The notes under the pieces: model-generated
What the model saw: the letters and a program-made list of their open reading frames with translations, nothing else
The model's database searches: none
What the model was told of the DNA's origin: nothing
Program-made: the position numbers and the translations under genes
In this document: positions 1 to 12,800 of the stretch, one piece after another
Layout of the letters: each line of letters begins with the position of its first letter
Position numbering within the stretch: the stretch's first letter is position 1
Assembly (NCBI GenBank): GCA_002269645.1
Contig: NIVC01002688.1
Location: 1 to 64,000 of the forward strand
Length of the DNA: 64,000 nucleotides
Direction: 5' to 3'
From: Macrostomum lignano
Taxonomy: Eukaryota

Positions 1-1770
1 GTCGTGACTGCCTCTTCGGCTGTAGCATTGGGGACGGCGAACAGCCGCAGTAAGGTGAAGCAGGCTGGGACCCGGCCGGCCGGTCCTTCTGCTCGAGCAG
101 CTCCTCGGCGCAGGTGAGTCTGCAGGAACCGCAGCTGGCCTGGCGCCGAACAGGTTGAGGCACGGGATGCTGCCGCCGGCTCCGCTGCCACCCGCTGCTG
201 CCACTCCTCCGGCAGGTTAGCAGGAACTCCACGGCCTGCCGGATGCCGTTAATCGGGTCGGCCACGGTGAAGCGGTCGGAGCGAGGCCGCAGGCGCTGAC
301 TCAGCTTCAGAGTCAGATTGTCTACCGAGCCTGGCTTGAGCAGGGCCTCGACTGTCAGGTTCTCAAACAGAGGACAGCAGTCGCTGCCCAGGCCATCGCA
401 CAGACTGACCAGCCTGGCGAACAGATTGGTGAGCTCGATGAAGCTGTTGAACATGGCCTGGTCAGCGTCCGACTGGCCGATGATCAGCATGAGCTTCGAC
501 TGCAAGTCCTGCACGTCCTCCAAAGCCAGGGTCCGGCCGTCGATCTCCAGCTCGAACTCGGTGGGGTCCCGGGCCCGCACTCGCAGCTTGCCGGCTGTGG
601 CAACAGCCTTCACCCTGCTGACGGTGCTCCGCTCCACGGTGCCCTTGCTGGAGTTGACCTCCTGAAGCCAGTCAACGCGATCGCTTGAGTCCAAGAGATG
701 CTGCACCAGCAGGCAATTCTGGCAGTCCTTGGCGCCGGGCTGGCAGGCCTTCGCGCAGGCCTGGCACGGCTTCAGCACCCGCTGAGAGTTCTGTTGGATT
801 TGCTGCAGAGTCACCTGGCCATCGCAGCTCAGCAGGTCGTAGATCAAAGGCTCGAAGCCGACAACAGCCTGGTAGAAGCACTCGATCTTGGCCTGCTCCA
901 TCGCGCCTGCGTCACCGGTGTAAATCATGGCCAGGTCGAAGAAAGTTTTCAGATCGTCCTTCTTCAGGTGTTGCCGAGTCCACTTCACCAGCTCGTGAGC
1001 TTTCCCGAAGGCTTCCAGGACTTCCAGCAGCATGGGCTCGCGCAGCATGTCCTTTAGCAGTTCATTCGCCTCCAACTTGCTGACCCGGATGTCCTTGAAC
1101 TTCAGCGTATCCGCGGTCGCCTCCACCTCTGTGAGGTCCTTGAGCTTGTCGTCCATGTCAATGCTGTAGTTCTGGTAGATAGTGCACAGAGCAGCGCACA
1201 GCCGATCATTCTTAGTCTTGCTGCGGATGAAGTTGATTTTGCGTCTGAGACTGTCGACCTCTCTCTTTATCAGTCCCGCAGTCGCCAGTTCTGCTTCAAG
1301 CTTTTTAGCGTCCTGGAAAATCTCCTCGCCAAGGAAACGCTTGGCAGCATCGACCGTCATGTCCTCATCTTTTAGCCGCTTCACTTGGCGCTTCCATTCA
1401 GCCACGGCTACTTGGATCGTGTCCAGCACCGCGTTAGCGTCCAGGCACTGCTCCTCCGCAGCCGTCTCCTCAGCAGCCTGCTCGGTCTCTTCAAGCACAA
1501 TTTCCTCAATCGCGACCTCCTCAGCTTCAAGACGGTCATCCAGGCCGCAGTAGCGGCTGCGAACGCGAGAGCGAAGGAGTTCGGCAAAGCTGGCGCTGCG
1601 GCTGAAGAATCCCGACTTTCGAATGTTGGCCAGCAGGCTCCGATGCTTCTCGTCGATTCCGAAGGCTACAAGCTGCAGCGCCCAACGCTCGCCCGCCTGT
1701 TGCACCGTCAGATCGCCGATTCGCATGCGCTGCAGAGCCGCCAAAGGCTTGCGCACTGCCGCAATGTCGT
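1..1770 (-). CDS. RNF213: RNF213-like large internal exon (about 590 codons, continues beyond window)
   Basis: Acceptor ttttctttttttAG at 1771-1772; the frame is open from 1770 to the window edge, with RNF213-like motifs as above; indels cluster at about 138-221. Confidence 0.85.
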
Positions 1771-4700
1771 CTAAAAAAGAAAATTTTCAGAGGGAGTACT
1801 GCGGGTGTTGGATAAGATTTATACAGCGCTTCTGGCTGCCGTCGAATCCAAACTTTTTGATATATACTTAGCAACACTGAAAAGTCGCCACTCTATGCGC
1901 CAGTGAGCAATTTCTCTTGGACTATTCTGAAATATAAAAGATAAAAGAAAACTCATCGGGGCAGCTTAAATCCGTCCAACCCTCGCACACCGCTCGCCCC
2001 ACATCATTCCTCAACTCAAGTCTGCCGCGGCGTAGCTGAGTTGCGTCACTCGCAAAGATTGAGAGACTTAACCTGCCATCTCAAAAGTGGCGACCACAGA
2101 CGGAATCTTCTGTGATGGCGACTTTTCGTTGTTGCTAAGTATACTCTCAGCTCGCAAGCAATGCCAACACAGTTTTGAGTTAATCCCAGAGGCCTATTTA
2201 AATCCTATAGGTAATGAAAAGGTGAAAATCAACATAAGTTGGTTCATTATTCCTTCCAACGCGTTTCGGTGCGTCAAGGACCATCATCAGGGTCCATTGC
2301 CATTTTGCACACGCGCCAGAATACATGAGAAAAAAGGTCTGTACAGTCCAAAGGGCAGATCAGGGGGCAAATTGAGTACCACTGTGAATGAGCTGGACAT
2401 CTAGACTTGATTGTTGGTACTTGTTGGTACCCTGGTATATTGATGCAAGTTGTGAAATCTAAATTCAATGATTCTGGAATGTATAATTTTTTTACTGCTA
2501 CAAGCCTACAACAACTATTGTAGCAGAGATGTCTTGGATAGCTGACCTTTTTTAACCAAACTTCTCTTACTCTAGTGTGCATGTGAGGCTACAATCCCAG
2601 TCGGAAAAATGGGTACCACCATTAGCTTGGGGGGGGGGGTAATTGATCAGGGTGTGTCGCAACCCCAAGTCAATGGACTGAACAGCCGGAATCAGCCTTC
2701 AGATGCGCCGCACAATAGCTGCTCATTGGGGCAGGTGTCATTTTTTATTTTCAAATGTAGAAAATGCTCTGAACCACAGAACAAGAAAGCTGGTACAAAA
2801 CTTGTGTTCCGGTGCGTTTGCAAAATACACAATCGACCCTGACGATGGTCCATGACGCACCGAAACGCGTTGGAAAGAATATTGAACCAACTACCAAGGA
2901 ACCATTGTTACATATTCAAGCGTGCTACTTGACCTCAACCTTCTAGTTTATGAATGCCATTCAAAGAGTTGCAACAGAGCCAGCTTACAGTACTTCGGCT
3001 CCAGCTTGTCAGCACAGAGTTCAGAAAAGTGACGCAGCTCCTCCACTCCAGAGTCGATGACGCAGATCTGCTGCTTGAAAGTTTCCAGAGCTGCGCGAAG
3101 CTGCGAATCCTTAGCCTTGACGCCTTTCAGCCGCTTCTGCTTGTCCAGTTCCCGGTGATAATCCAGAAGCTCGGCCTGCTTGCCAATCAGCAGCTTGGCG
3201 GTGTCCATCGGCGTTGCCTGCGGCCCTGGCAGAGCTCCTTGAGAGTCTGGCGCACTGCCGACAGGCACCGCTTCAGCAGGCTGGCAAACTCTGGCTCCAT
3301 CTTGCTCTTCAGCTTCTTGTAGTCTAAAACAGTTCAAACAATGAAAAGTCAGTAACACTATAAGCAAACCACCAAATGCAATCCGACAAACACAATTGAT
3401 TACTAACCTTCATGACAAGTAATCTGCGCGCACAACTTCCAAGTCAATGAGAACTTCAGCACTGCATTTGGACCGGGCTCTTCTAGGTTAAACTGAGCCA
3501 ACAATATCCGGCCGATCTTTCTGAGCGGCTCGTTTGAGGACGAAAACAGGCGGCTGAACAGGCGGCTGAGAAGGTTGCCCTGCAAGCAAATTGGCATATT
3601 TTCCCCTAGATCTCAAGGTAAATTTTACACACAAAACCGGCATCGATCGGTGTACAAACCTTCGAGCTGGACTCGTGAGTGATTTTGTCCACAGCCACAC
3701 TGGACACGCTCTCCTTCAGTCTCTCGTTCTGAAGTTTCTTGCCTTCCATCAGTGCAATAACGCCATCCTAAAGTGACAAATTTGTTAACTAGATAAGAAA
3801 TGCAGGCCCCGGAGTAGTTCTCAGCAAGCACTTCGCTCACCAAGTCCGTCTTGAACAGCAGACAGCTCACGAAACTGTCTAGTGCACTGTAACAGGGCTT
3901 CGCTAGGCTCGGCTTGCAGTCTTGCAGTGTGGCGAACACCTGGGACAGCAGCTGTAGTTGCCAGGAGTGACAGAGCAAAATTATCAGGTATGCTGGACAA
4001 ACTTACAGAGCAAGCACTTCCGCATTAAGTATTGCAATAGTTCTATATTGAGATGCTGACACGCTAAGGCACACCAAGACACGCTAAGGCACACTAAGAC
4101 ACGCTAAGGCACACCAAGACACGCTAAGGCACACCAAGACACGCTAAGGCACACTAAGACACTCTAAGGCACACTAAGACACGCTAAGGCACACTAAGAC
4201 ACGCTAAGGCACACCAAGACACGCTAAGGCACACTAAGACACGCTAAGGCACTATAAGACACGCTAAGGCACACCAAGACACGCTAAGGCACACTAAGAC
4301 ACGCTAAGGCACTATAAGACACGCTAAGGCACACCAAGACACGCTAAGGCACACCAAGACACGCTAAGGCACACCAAGACACGCTAAGGCACACCAAGAC
4401 ACGCTAAGGCACACTAAGACACTCTAAGGCACACCAAGACACGCTAAGGCACACCAAGACACTCTAAGGCACACCAAGACACGCTAAGGCACACTAAGAC
4501 ACTCTAAGGCACTATAAGACACGCTAAGGCACACCAAGACACGCTAAGGCACACTAAGACACGCTAAGGCACACTAAGACGCGCTAAGGCACACCAAGAC
4601 ACGCTAAGGCACACCAAGACACGCTAAGGCACACCAAGACACGCTAAGGCACACTAAGACACGCTAAGGCACACCAAGACACGCTAAGGCACACTAAGAC

Positions 4701-7700
4701 ACGCTAAGGCACTATAAGACACGCTAAGGCACACCAAGACACGCTAAGGCACACCAAGACACGCTAAGGCACACCAAGACACGCTAAGGCACACTAAGAC
4801 ACGCTAAGGCACACCAAGACGCGCTAAGGCACACCAAGACGCGCTAAGGCACACCAAGACACGCTAAGGCACACTAAGACACTCTAAGGCACACCAAGAA
4901 ACGCTAAGGCACACTAAGACACTCTAAGGCACACTAAGACACGCTAAGGCACACTAAGACACTCTAAGGCACACCAAGACACGCTAAGGCACACCAAGAC
5001 ACGCTAAGGCACACTAAGACACGCTAAGGCACACCAAGACACGCTAAGGCACACCAAGACACGCTAAGGCACACCAAGACACGCTAAGGCACACTAAGAC
5101 ACGCTAAGGCACACCAAGACACGCTAAGGCACACCAAGACACGCTAAGGCACACTAAGACACGCTAAGGCACAACAAGACACGCTAAGGCACACCAAGAC
5201 ACGCTAAGGCACACTAAGACACTCTAAGGCACACTAAGACACGCTAAGGCACACTAAGACACGCTAAGGCACACCAAGACACGCTAAGGCACACCAAGAC
5301 ACGCTAAGGCACACTAAGACACTCTAAGGCACACTAAGACACGCTAAGGCACACTAAGACACGCTAAGGCACACCAAGACACGCTAAGGCACACCAAGAC
5401 ACGCTAAGGCACACTAAGACACGCTAAGGCACACCAAGACACGCTAAGGCACACCAAGACGCGCTAAGGCACACCAAGACACGCTAAGGCACACTAAGAC
5501 ACGCTAAGGCACACCAAGACACGCTAAGGCACACCAAGACACGCTAAGGCACACTAAGACACGCTAAGGCACAACAAGACACGCTAAGGCACACCAAGAC
5601 ACGCTAAGGCACACTAAGACACTCTAAGGCACACTAAGACACGCTAAGGCACACTAAGACACGCTAAGGCACACCAAGACACGCTAAGGCACACCAAGAC
5701 ACGCTAAGGCACACTAAGACACTCTAAGGCACACTAAGACACGCTAAGGCACACTAAGACACGCTAAGGCACACTAAGACACGCTAAGGCACACTAAGAC
5801 ACGCTAAGGCACACCAAGACACGCTAAGGCACACCAAGACACGCTAAGGCACACCAAGACGCGCTAAGGCACACCAAGACACGCTAAGGCACACTAAGAC
5901 ACGCTAAGGCACACCAAGACACGCTAAGGCACACCAAGACACGCTAAGGCACACCAAGACACGCTAAGGCACACTAAGACACGCTAAGGCACACCAAGAC
6001 GCGCTAAGGCACACCAAGACACGCTAAGGCACACTAAGACACGCTAAGGCACACCAAGAAACGCTAAGGCACACTAAGACACTCTAAGGCACACTAAGAC
6101 ACGCTAAGGCACACTAAGACACTCTAAGGCACACCAAGACACGCTAAGGCACACCAAGACACGCTAAGGCACACTAAGACACGCTAAGGCACACCAAGAC
6201 ACGCTAAGGCACACTAAGACACGCTAAGGCACACCAAGACACGCTAAGGCACACTAAGACACGCTAAGGCACACCAAGACACGCTAAGGCACACCAAGAC
6301 ACGCTAAGGCACACCAAGACACGCTAAGGCACACCAAGACACGCTAAGGCACACTAAGACACGCTAAGGCACACCAAGACGCGCTAAGGCACACCAAGAC
6401 ACGCTAAGGCACACTAAGACACGCTAAGGCACACCAAGAAACGCTAAGGCACACTAAGACACTCTAAGGCACACTAAGACACGCTAAGGCACACTAAGAC
6501 ACTCTAAGGCACACCAAGACACGCTAAGGCACACCAAGACACGCTAAGGCACACTAAGACACGCTAAGGCACACCAAGACACGCTAAGGCACACCAAGAC
6601 ACGCTAAGGCACACCAAGACGCGCTAAGGCACACCAAGACACGCTAAGGCACACTAAGACACGCTAAGGCACACCAAGACACGCTAAGGCACACCAAGAC
6701 ACGCTAAGGCACACCAAGACACGCTAAGGCACACTAAGACACGCTAAGGCACACCAAGACGCGCTAAGGCACACCAAGACACGCTAAGGCACACTAAGAC
6801 ACGCTAAGGCACACCAAGAAACGCTAAGGCACACTAAGACACTCTAAGGCACACTAAGACACGCTAAGGCACACTAAGACACTCTAAGGCACACCAAGAC
6901 ACGCTAAGGCACACCAAGACACGCTAAGGCACACTAAGACACGCTAAGGCACTATAAGACACGCTAAGGCACACCAAGACACGCTAAGGCACACCAAGAC
7001 ACGCTAAGGCACACTAAGACACGCTAAGGCACACCAAGACACGCTAAGGCACACCAAGACACGCTAAGGCACACTAAGACACGCTAAGGCACACCAAGAC
7101 ACGCTAAGGCACACCAAGACACGCTAAGGCACACTAAGACACTCTAAGGCACACTAAGACACGCTAAGGCACACTAAGACACGCTAAGGCACACCAAGAC
7201 ACGCTAAGGCACACCAAGACACGCTAAGGCACACTAAGACACTCTAAGGCACACTAAGACACGCTAAGGCACACTAAGACACGCTAAGGCACACCAAGAC
7301 ACGCTAAGGCACACCAAGACACGCTAAGGCACACCAAGACACGCTAAGGCACACTAAGACACTCTAAGGCACACTAAGACACTCGCACACGCGAGCGAGA
7401 GGGAATTCCCACCCGTCTGGTTACAGCTTGAGCTTCAGAGAATGCAGACTCAGGCTTTAAATATAAGAGCTCATACCTCAATTGTTCTCGGATCCCCTTT
7501 GTCCTCGCTACGGAAAACCTGCTTCTCTAGCAAGCTCAGCTGCTCAACCACCGGCACCCCGGAGGCGCCACCAGCAGCTTCGACGCCATCAGAGGTCGCG
7601 CTGCACAGAACGATGGTGAGATTCACGGCGGCCAGCAAGCAGCTAATTGTGTCAGCTGGACGCTTCGAATGCTTAGACAGCGGATTTCTACCTTTATCCG

Positions 7701-10700
7701 AGACGCAGCTGCAGAAGATTTTGAAGGTCTGGCAGTGCAGTTCCAGGCAGAGCTCCAGTTCGGGTTGCGGAAAAGCTCCGGACTGCAGCTGGGCTGTCAG
7801 AGTGTTGTAGAAATTCTGCAATGCGTTCCAAACAAGGGCCACTTGAAATCTTTTTGCAGGCCAGGGGTTGCAAAATTTCACAATAGCAATCCGGACTACT
7901 CAAGGTTTATGTCTCTTCTCTTCTCTCTCCCCTCTCTTCTCTCTCTCCCCACTCTTCTCTCTCTCTCATCACTTTTCTCTCTCCCCTCTCTTATCTCTTT
8001 TCTCTTCCCCCCTCTCTTCTCTCTCCCCTCTCTCCCCCTCTCTCTCTTCGCTTATCTTCTATTCCCTTTCCTTTCCGCTCACATCTGGCTCGGAGACATG
8101 AGCTGGATTATTTATCTGGCCCTGGATGCAAAGACACTTTACCGACCCGTGTTGTAGACGGTCCATTAGAAAACGATGTGTACTCAATTATGAATGGAAT
8201 TTAATTTAAAATATATTTTCTAGAAAATCGTAAAGCAAAGGGCGGGAGGCCAGTGACATTATCTGGCTCAGAGGCAGAAAACAGAAAGAGCAACAAAGAC
8301 TTAATTCGATACTCTTTGGCTGCGCATTGGGAACTCACACAGAAAGCCGAATGCTTATCGGGCAGCGACGCCTCGAAGCCAAATTTAATAGTGCCTGGCG
8401 GTGGCTGGGCCAGGTTGTAGCCAATCAGGGCGAGCTTGTTGCTGGCGGGCAGCCAATCAGAGGGCTCCAGATCGGTGTCGAACAAGCGCAGGTCCATGAA
8501 GGCGGCGTAGCAGCGCGGGATGAGTGGATCGACCCGCCGGTACCGCATCAGGCGCTGTTTGACAAGCTCTACAGAATTATTCATTCTGGGGCTGGAAAAT
8601 TTAGTGGAAATGCTATAACAAATTACATTTAATAACGATGCAATAGGGTTATGACATTAAAAATGACAGCACTTACCCACAATTTTTCATTAATCTATCA
8701 AACTCTTTAGTCAGGCCGCACCAATCGAATAAACTGGCGCTCCCGCGAGATTTCAGCAAGTCCAGGAATGCCTGTCGCAATGGGATTCTGTCGCTGCTGT
8801 GGAGCTCTTCGCCATATTGCAGGATGTGGTAGGCAGGAAGGAGCAGCAGGTACTCTGGCTTGAACTCGCGGTCGCTGCTAATCATGCCGGAATACCAGGC
8901 TTTCGCAGACTCTGGAAGACTTTGGTATCAAGAAAGGGGAAGTTCTTGTTACTGCACGTTTACTAAAATTTATTTGCAATTTTATTAACTTGAAAGAGCC
9001 ACTTCTTTTCACAAGTAAAATCCTGATATTGCAATCTATCTCAAGCAAAGCATTGTTCAAAAGTGCCAGCTCTGCTCAATAAAGCAATGAGACTTACTCC
9101 TTTGGCAATTGAGCCAGGCCAGAGAGCATCGAGTCGCAAGGCGTCTCTGGCGGCAGGATCCGGTCTAACAACGCGGAAATATCTTCAAACTTGAAAGAAT
9201 ATGGACCATGAAAGAATGGGGCGGCCTTCGCTACAGTTGCAAAGTGAAGCAGCTCCAGATTTTTTGTCCACTGCTGCCACTGCTGCTCAGGAGACTGGTC
9301 CTGATTGATCGGATGGTACCGCTGTAGCAGATAGCGCACTGCTTCGATTAGAATCTGAAAAAGTGCCGTAAATGAAAATTAATTACTGATGAAATACTCG
9401 ATGGGAATATACCTGTTTGGCTTAGGGCTTACCAAATATTTTGGGCCAGGTTGGATCGAAAAGTATAGGTCGGCGGACTTTAACAGACAATTAAACGCAT
9501 CAAGCCGCTGCTGGGTTGATGGCAACTGACTGAAGTAAAATCTAAAGCACATAAACACCGATGTTGTCATCATATTTTCATAAAACGTCTGACGAAATTC
9601 TGATGTTTGAAAAAACAAAACATGACCATCCATTTGAACAATCGAATCTGTTTGTAGACTAAAGATACGCCGCCATCCAGAATTGCACAAGCTTGCCGGC
9701 AGCTGCTCTGGAGTGTCACTGCCGTTTTGCCGTGTAGCCATTCTAGATCCCATTAGCCAGTATCTATAGGTTACGCGTCCATTCAGCACAAGCTCTCTGG
9801 GCAATAAAATCTCTGTGTGCAGCAGAGCTTTTGAGTTGTCAATTGGCTCCAGTGTAAAATTCGTCACAATACCAGAATGATAAGATTCTGGTAGGAAGTA
9901 CTCCAGCGCAAGTTGCCCAACCTGAAGGTCATTATACCACACAATAAATACAAATCTGATAGGAATCAGATCTGCACTGTTTGAAGTCAATTTATTCACA
10001 TGTTCCTCATACGAAAGCTGTTGCGGCTGCCTCTGGCCGGTGCCTCTAGCGACATCTGCGAAGCTTCGCTGGTCTTGACTTAAATCAGTCCCTTGGCCTC
10101 TACTCCTTTCATTATCCGGTATAGTGGGCGCTGCTGAGCACCTAGTCGCTGAACGCGATCGTTTAGGTGAAGCCGGACTGCTTCCGTTATCTGATTTGCT
10201 GGCGAGCTGCGAATCATCAGCGCCTGATTTGCTGCTTCGCTTCCTTGAATCAGATTTCCCACTGTCCGAATGATTGTCATTGGTGAGCGTTTCTTTTGGC
10301 TCTGTTGACTGTTCATTCCCTCCGTCATTCTTTTCTGTGTCACTCGGAGCAACCTGATTCTTCTGTGCGTCACTCAGAGCAGCCTGATTCTTCTCTGCGT
10401 CACTCGGAACAGCCTGATTCTTCTCTGCGTCACTCAGAGCAGCCTGATTCTTCTCTGCGTCACTCGGAACAGCCTGATTCTTCTCTGCGTCACTCGGAGC
10501 AGCCTGCTTCTTCTCTGCGTCACTCAGAGTAGCCTGATTCTTTTCTGCGTCACTCGGAGCAGCCTGATTCTTCTCTGCGTCACCCGGAGCAGCCTGATTC
10601 TTCTCTGCGTCACCCGGAGCAGCCTGATTCTTCTCTGCGTCACTCAGAGCAGCCTGATTCTTCTCTGCGTCACTCGGAGCAGCCTGATTCTTCTCTGAAT

Positions 10701-12039
10701 CACTCGGAGCAGCCTGATTCTTCTCTGCGTCACTCGGAGCAGCCTGATTCTTCTCTGCGTCACTCAGAGCAGCCTGATTCTTCTCTGAATCACTCGGAGC
10801 AGCCTGATTCTTCTCTGAATCACTCGGAGCAGCCTGATTCTTCTCTGAATCACTCGGAGCAGCCCGATTCTTCTCTGAATCACTCGGAACAGCCTGATTA
10901 ATCTCTGCGTCACTCGGAGCAGCCTGATTCTTCTCTGAATCACTCGGAGCAGCCTGATTCTTCTCTGCATCACTCATAGCAGCCTGATTCATCTCTGCGT
11001 CACTCGGAACAGCCTGATTCTTCTCTGCATCACTCAGAGCAGCCTGATTCTTCTCTGCATCACTCATAGCAGCCTGATTCATCTCTGCGTCACTCGGAAC
11101 AGCCTGATTCTTCTCTGCATCACTCAGAGCAGCCTGATTCATCTCTGCGTCACTCGGAACAGCCCGATTCTTCTCTGCATCACTCGGAGCAGCCTGATTC
11201 TTCTCTGCGTCACTCGGAGCAGCCCGATTCTTCTCTGCATCACTCGGAGCAGCCTGATTCTTCTCTGCGTCACTCGGAGCAGCCCGATTCTTCTCTGCAT
11301 CACTCGGAGCAGCCCGATTCTTCTCTGCATCACTCGGAGCAGCCTGATTCTTCTCTGCGTCACTCGGAACAGCCTGGTTCTTTTCTGCATCACTCGGAGC
11401 AGCCTGCTTTTTTTCTGCATCACTCGGAGCAGCCTGATTCATCTCTGCATCACTGCGAGCAGACTGGTTCTCAAAAAATCCTTCAAGAGATTCACTCAGT
11501 TGACTGCTCCCCACAACAATGGAAACATCTGCCGACTGCTCCAATGACCTTGGAATCGTTGGGTCGATTCTGCTGTCCGCCCTGTTGACTTCATCTTCGG
11601 CCCGCAGCTTCTTGATAGTCGACTCTTCAATTTTTTCGGGCGATTGAGACGAATCCGTCGAATCCAGAGAGCGCTTGCTGGCAATGGAGTGCGCATGGCT
11701 GCTGAACCCATCGCCGGAAGCAGACGCTGGCAGAGAGGTACAAACAGCACTACTCGAGACGGGCAAATCAACGCAGAAATTGCATCTGGCTCCGCACACG
11801 CAGCAGTATTTGTCGTCAATTTTTATTTGCTCATTGCAATCAGCAGCACTGCAAACCTTCCTCCACGACTCAAACGGACTGTGCTGACAAGCTTTGATCT
11901 TGGCTCCACCGCCGCAGACCTGGCATTCAATAGGAAATTCATCTGTGCATGGGCACTTGCCACAGAATTTTGCCCAAGCTGCTATGTGCGAATTGTGGCA
12001 ACTCAAGCAGGTTTTGGTGACCTGCTGCTGGCTGCTCAT
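1..12039 (-). CDS. RNF213: RNF213/mysterin-like giant AAA+ ATPase/E3 ligase, multi-exon, 3' part runs off the left edge of the window
   Basis: Manual translation of the minus-strand exon 1770->1 (absent from the ORF track) gives ...LVKWTRQHLKKDDLKTFFDLAMIYTG...IECFYQAVVGFEPLIYDL...DWLQEVNSSKGTVERSTVSRVKAVATAGKL...LEDVQDLQSKLMLIIG. This matches the RNF213 pre-AAA segment as I recall it (ELKVFVDLASISAG..VACFHDAVQGY..LEWLKTVNESHGSVERSSL..LEEVKELLNKLMLMSG). GT-AG exons read by eye: 12039-9433, 9354-9098, ~8925-8677, ~8585-8300, ~7880-7477, 3951-3841, 3767-3660, 3579-3408, 3323-2989, 1770-<1. Several single-base frameshifts are present. Confidence 0.85.
2560..2700 (+). mobile_element. Decayed CORE-SINE fragment (same family as 20041-20277)
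   Basis: cccagtcggaaaaatgggtacc-cattagcttgggg..gtaattgatcagggtgtgtcgcaacccc..ggactgaacagccg aligns by eye with the core and 3' half of the SINE at 20.1 kb. Confidence 0.6.
2836..2873 (+). ncRNA. Degenerate minimal hammerhead ribozyme motif (Penelope-type)
   Basis: CTGACGA (2839-2845), short stem II ggt/acc, then CGAAACGCGT(T)GG with palindromic stem III ACGCGT; stem I is only 2 bp. Confidence 0.4.
4061..7383. repeat. 20-bp minisatellite, about 166 copies (acgctaaggcacac[c/t]aagac), inside an RNF213-like intron
   Basis: Unbroken 20-bp period is visible line by line; variant units recur. Confidence 0.98.
7910..8080. repeat. CT-rich low-complexity tract
   Basis: Almost pure pyrimidine (ctct/cttct). 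Confidence 0.85.
9433..12039 (-). CDS. RNF213: RNF213-like first coding exon: Cys-rich double-zinc-ribbon-like N terminus, 37x 10-aa repeat, CBM20-like segment
   Basis: ATG at 12039 is preceded by the acceptor tttatttcAG. CxxC pairs: CLSC..CGKC..CQVC..CSAADC..CCVC. Repeat SDAEKNQAAP. IPIRFVFIVW...VTYRYWL resembles the RNF213 N-arm. Donor TTG|GTAAGC at 9433/9432 is in phase with the next exon ILIEAVRY at 9354. Confidence 0.75.
10330..11458 (-). repeat. Coding 30-bp tandem repeat, 37 full units (SDAEKNQAAP)
   Basis: Counted in the 886-aa ORF; frame is preserved throughout. Confidence 0.95.
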
Positions 12040-12568
12040 CCCGCAATGAGCCTGAAATAAAGAGGAAGCTTTAATCTGAGTAGCTGTTTAACCCATTATT
12101 GGATCTATAAGTTTTAATATTTGCAGTTTTGGTGTGTGCTAAAAACAAAATAATGCAGCCAATCAATGAATAAGTAGTATACCAACTGACAAATTTCTAT
12201 CTCTGTTAACTGTAGATTAAAGCCAGTACATCTACTAACTCACAGATTCGATACAATGTTAACCTATTGGTTTTAACTGGAATATGAATGCCAAGCTGCG
12301 AAACTTCACTTCTGTCTGCATTTAGACTGCTACTACAATAAATAACAATTTCGACAACTATTTAGCTAATATAATTCTGTAAGTAAGTTGCACACATGTG
12401 CCTAGCTTAATGGTTTTTTTTTTAAAAATGTGTCACTAGCAATGCACAACATTGAACAGCCAATAGTAATCTTGCCAGACTGCTGTGGGCTCTATGTGCG
12501 CATTGGGTGATTCAGGTATTCAGATTCAAATTCAGATTCTTTTGAAGAAATGAAAGAAAAATGAAAAC

Positions 12569-12569
<1 letters not shown>

Positions 12570-12607
<38 letters not shown>

Positions 12608-12618
12608 GTGTGTCTTGG

Positions 12619-12673
<55 letters not shown>

Positions 12674-12800
12674 TTGTCTGTGTGTGTACTAATTTGTTCG
12701 CTATGGACTCTCAAACTGCTCAACCAAAATGGCACCAAATTTTGCACCCACTCTAAAATCTCTACGAAGAATATACTAGGCTATCTTAAACTTTCCTAAA
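12570..12800. repeat. (TG)n + (TCTG)n microsatellite followed by a possible Helitron/Helentron-derived non-autonomous element body
   Basis: (TG)~17 then (TCTG)~15, followed by ..ctcaaactgctcaaccaaaatggcaccaaattttgcac. GTCY microsatellites with this kind of flank are typical of HINE/Lep1-like elements; the element assignment is inference. Confidence 0.55.
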
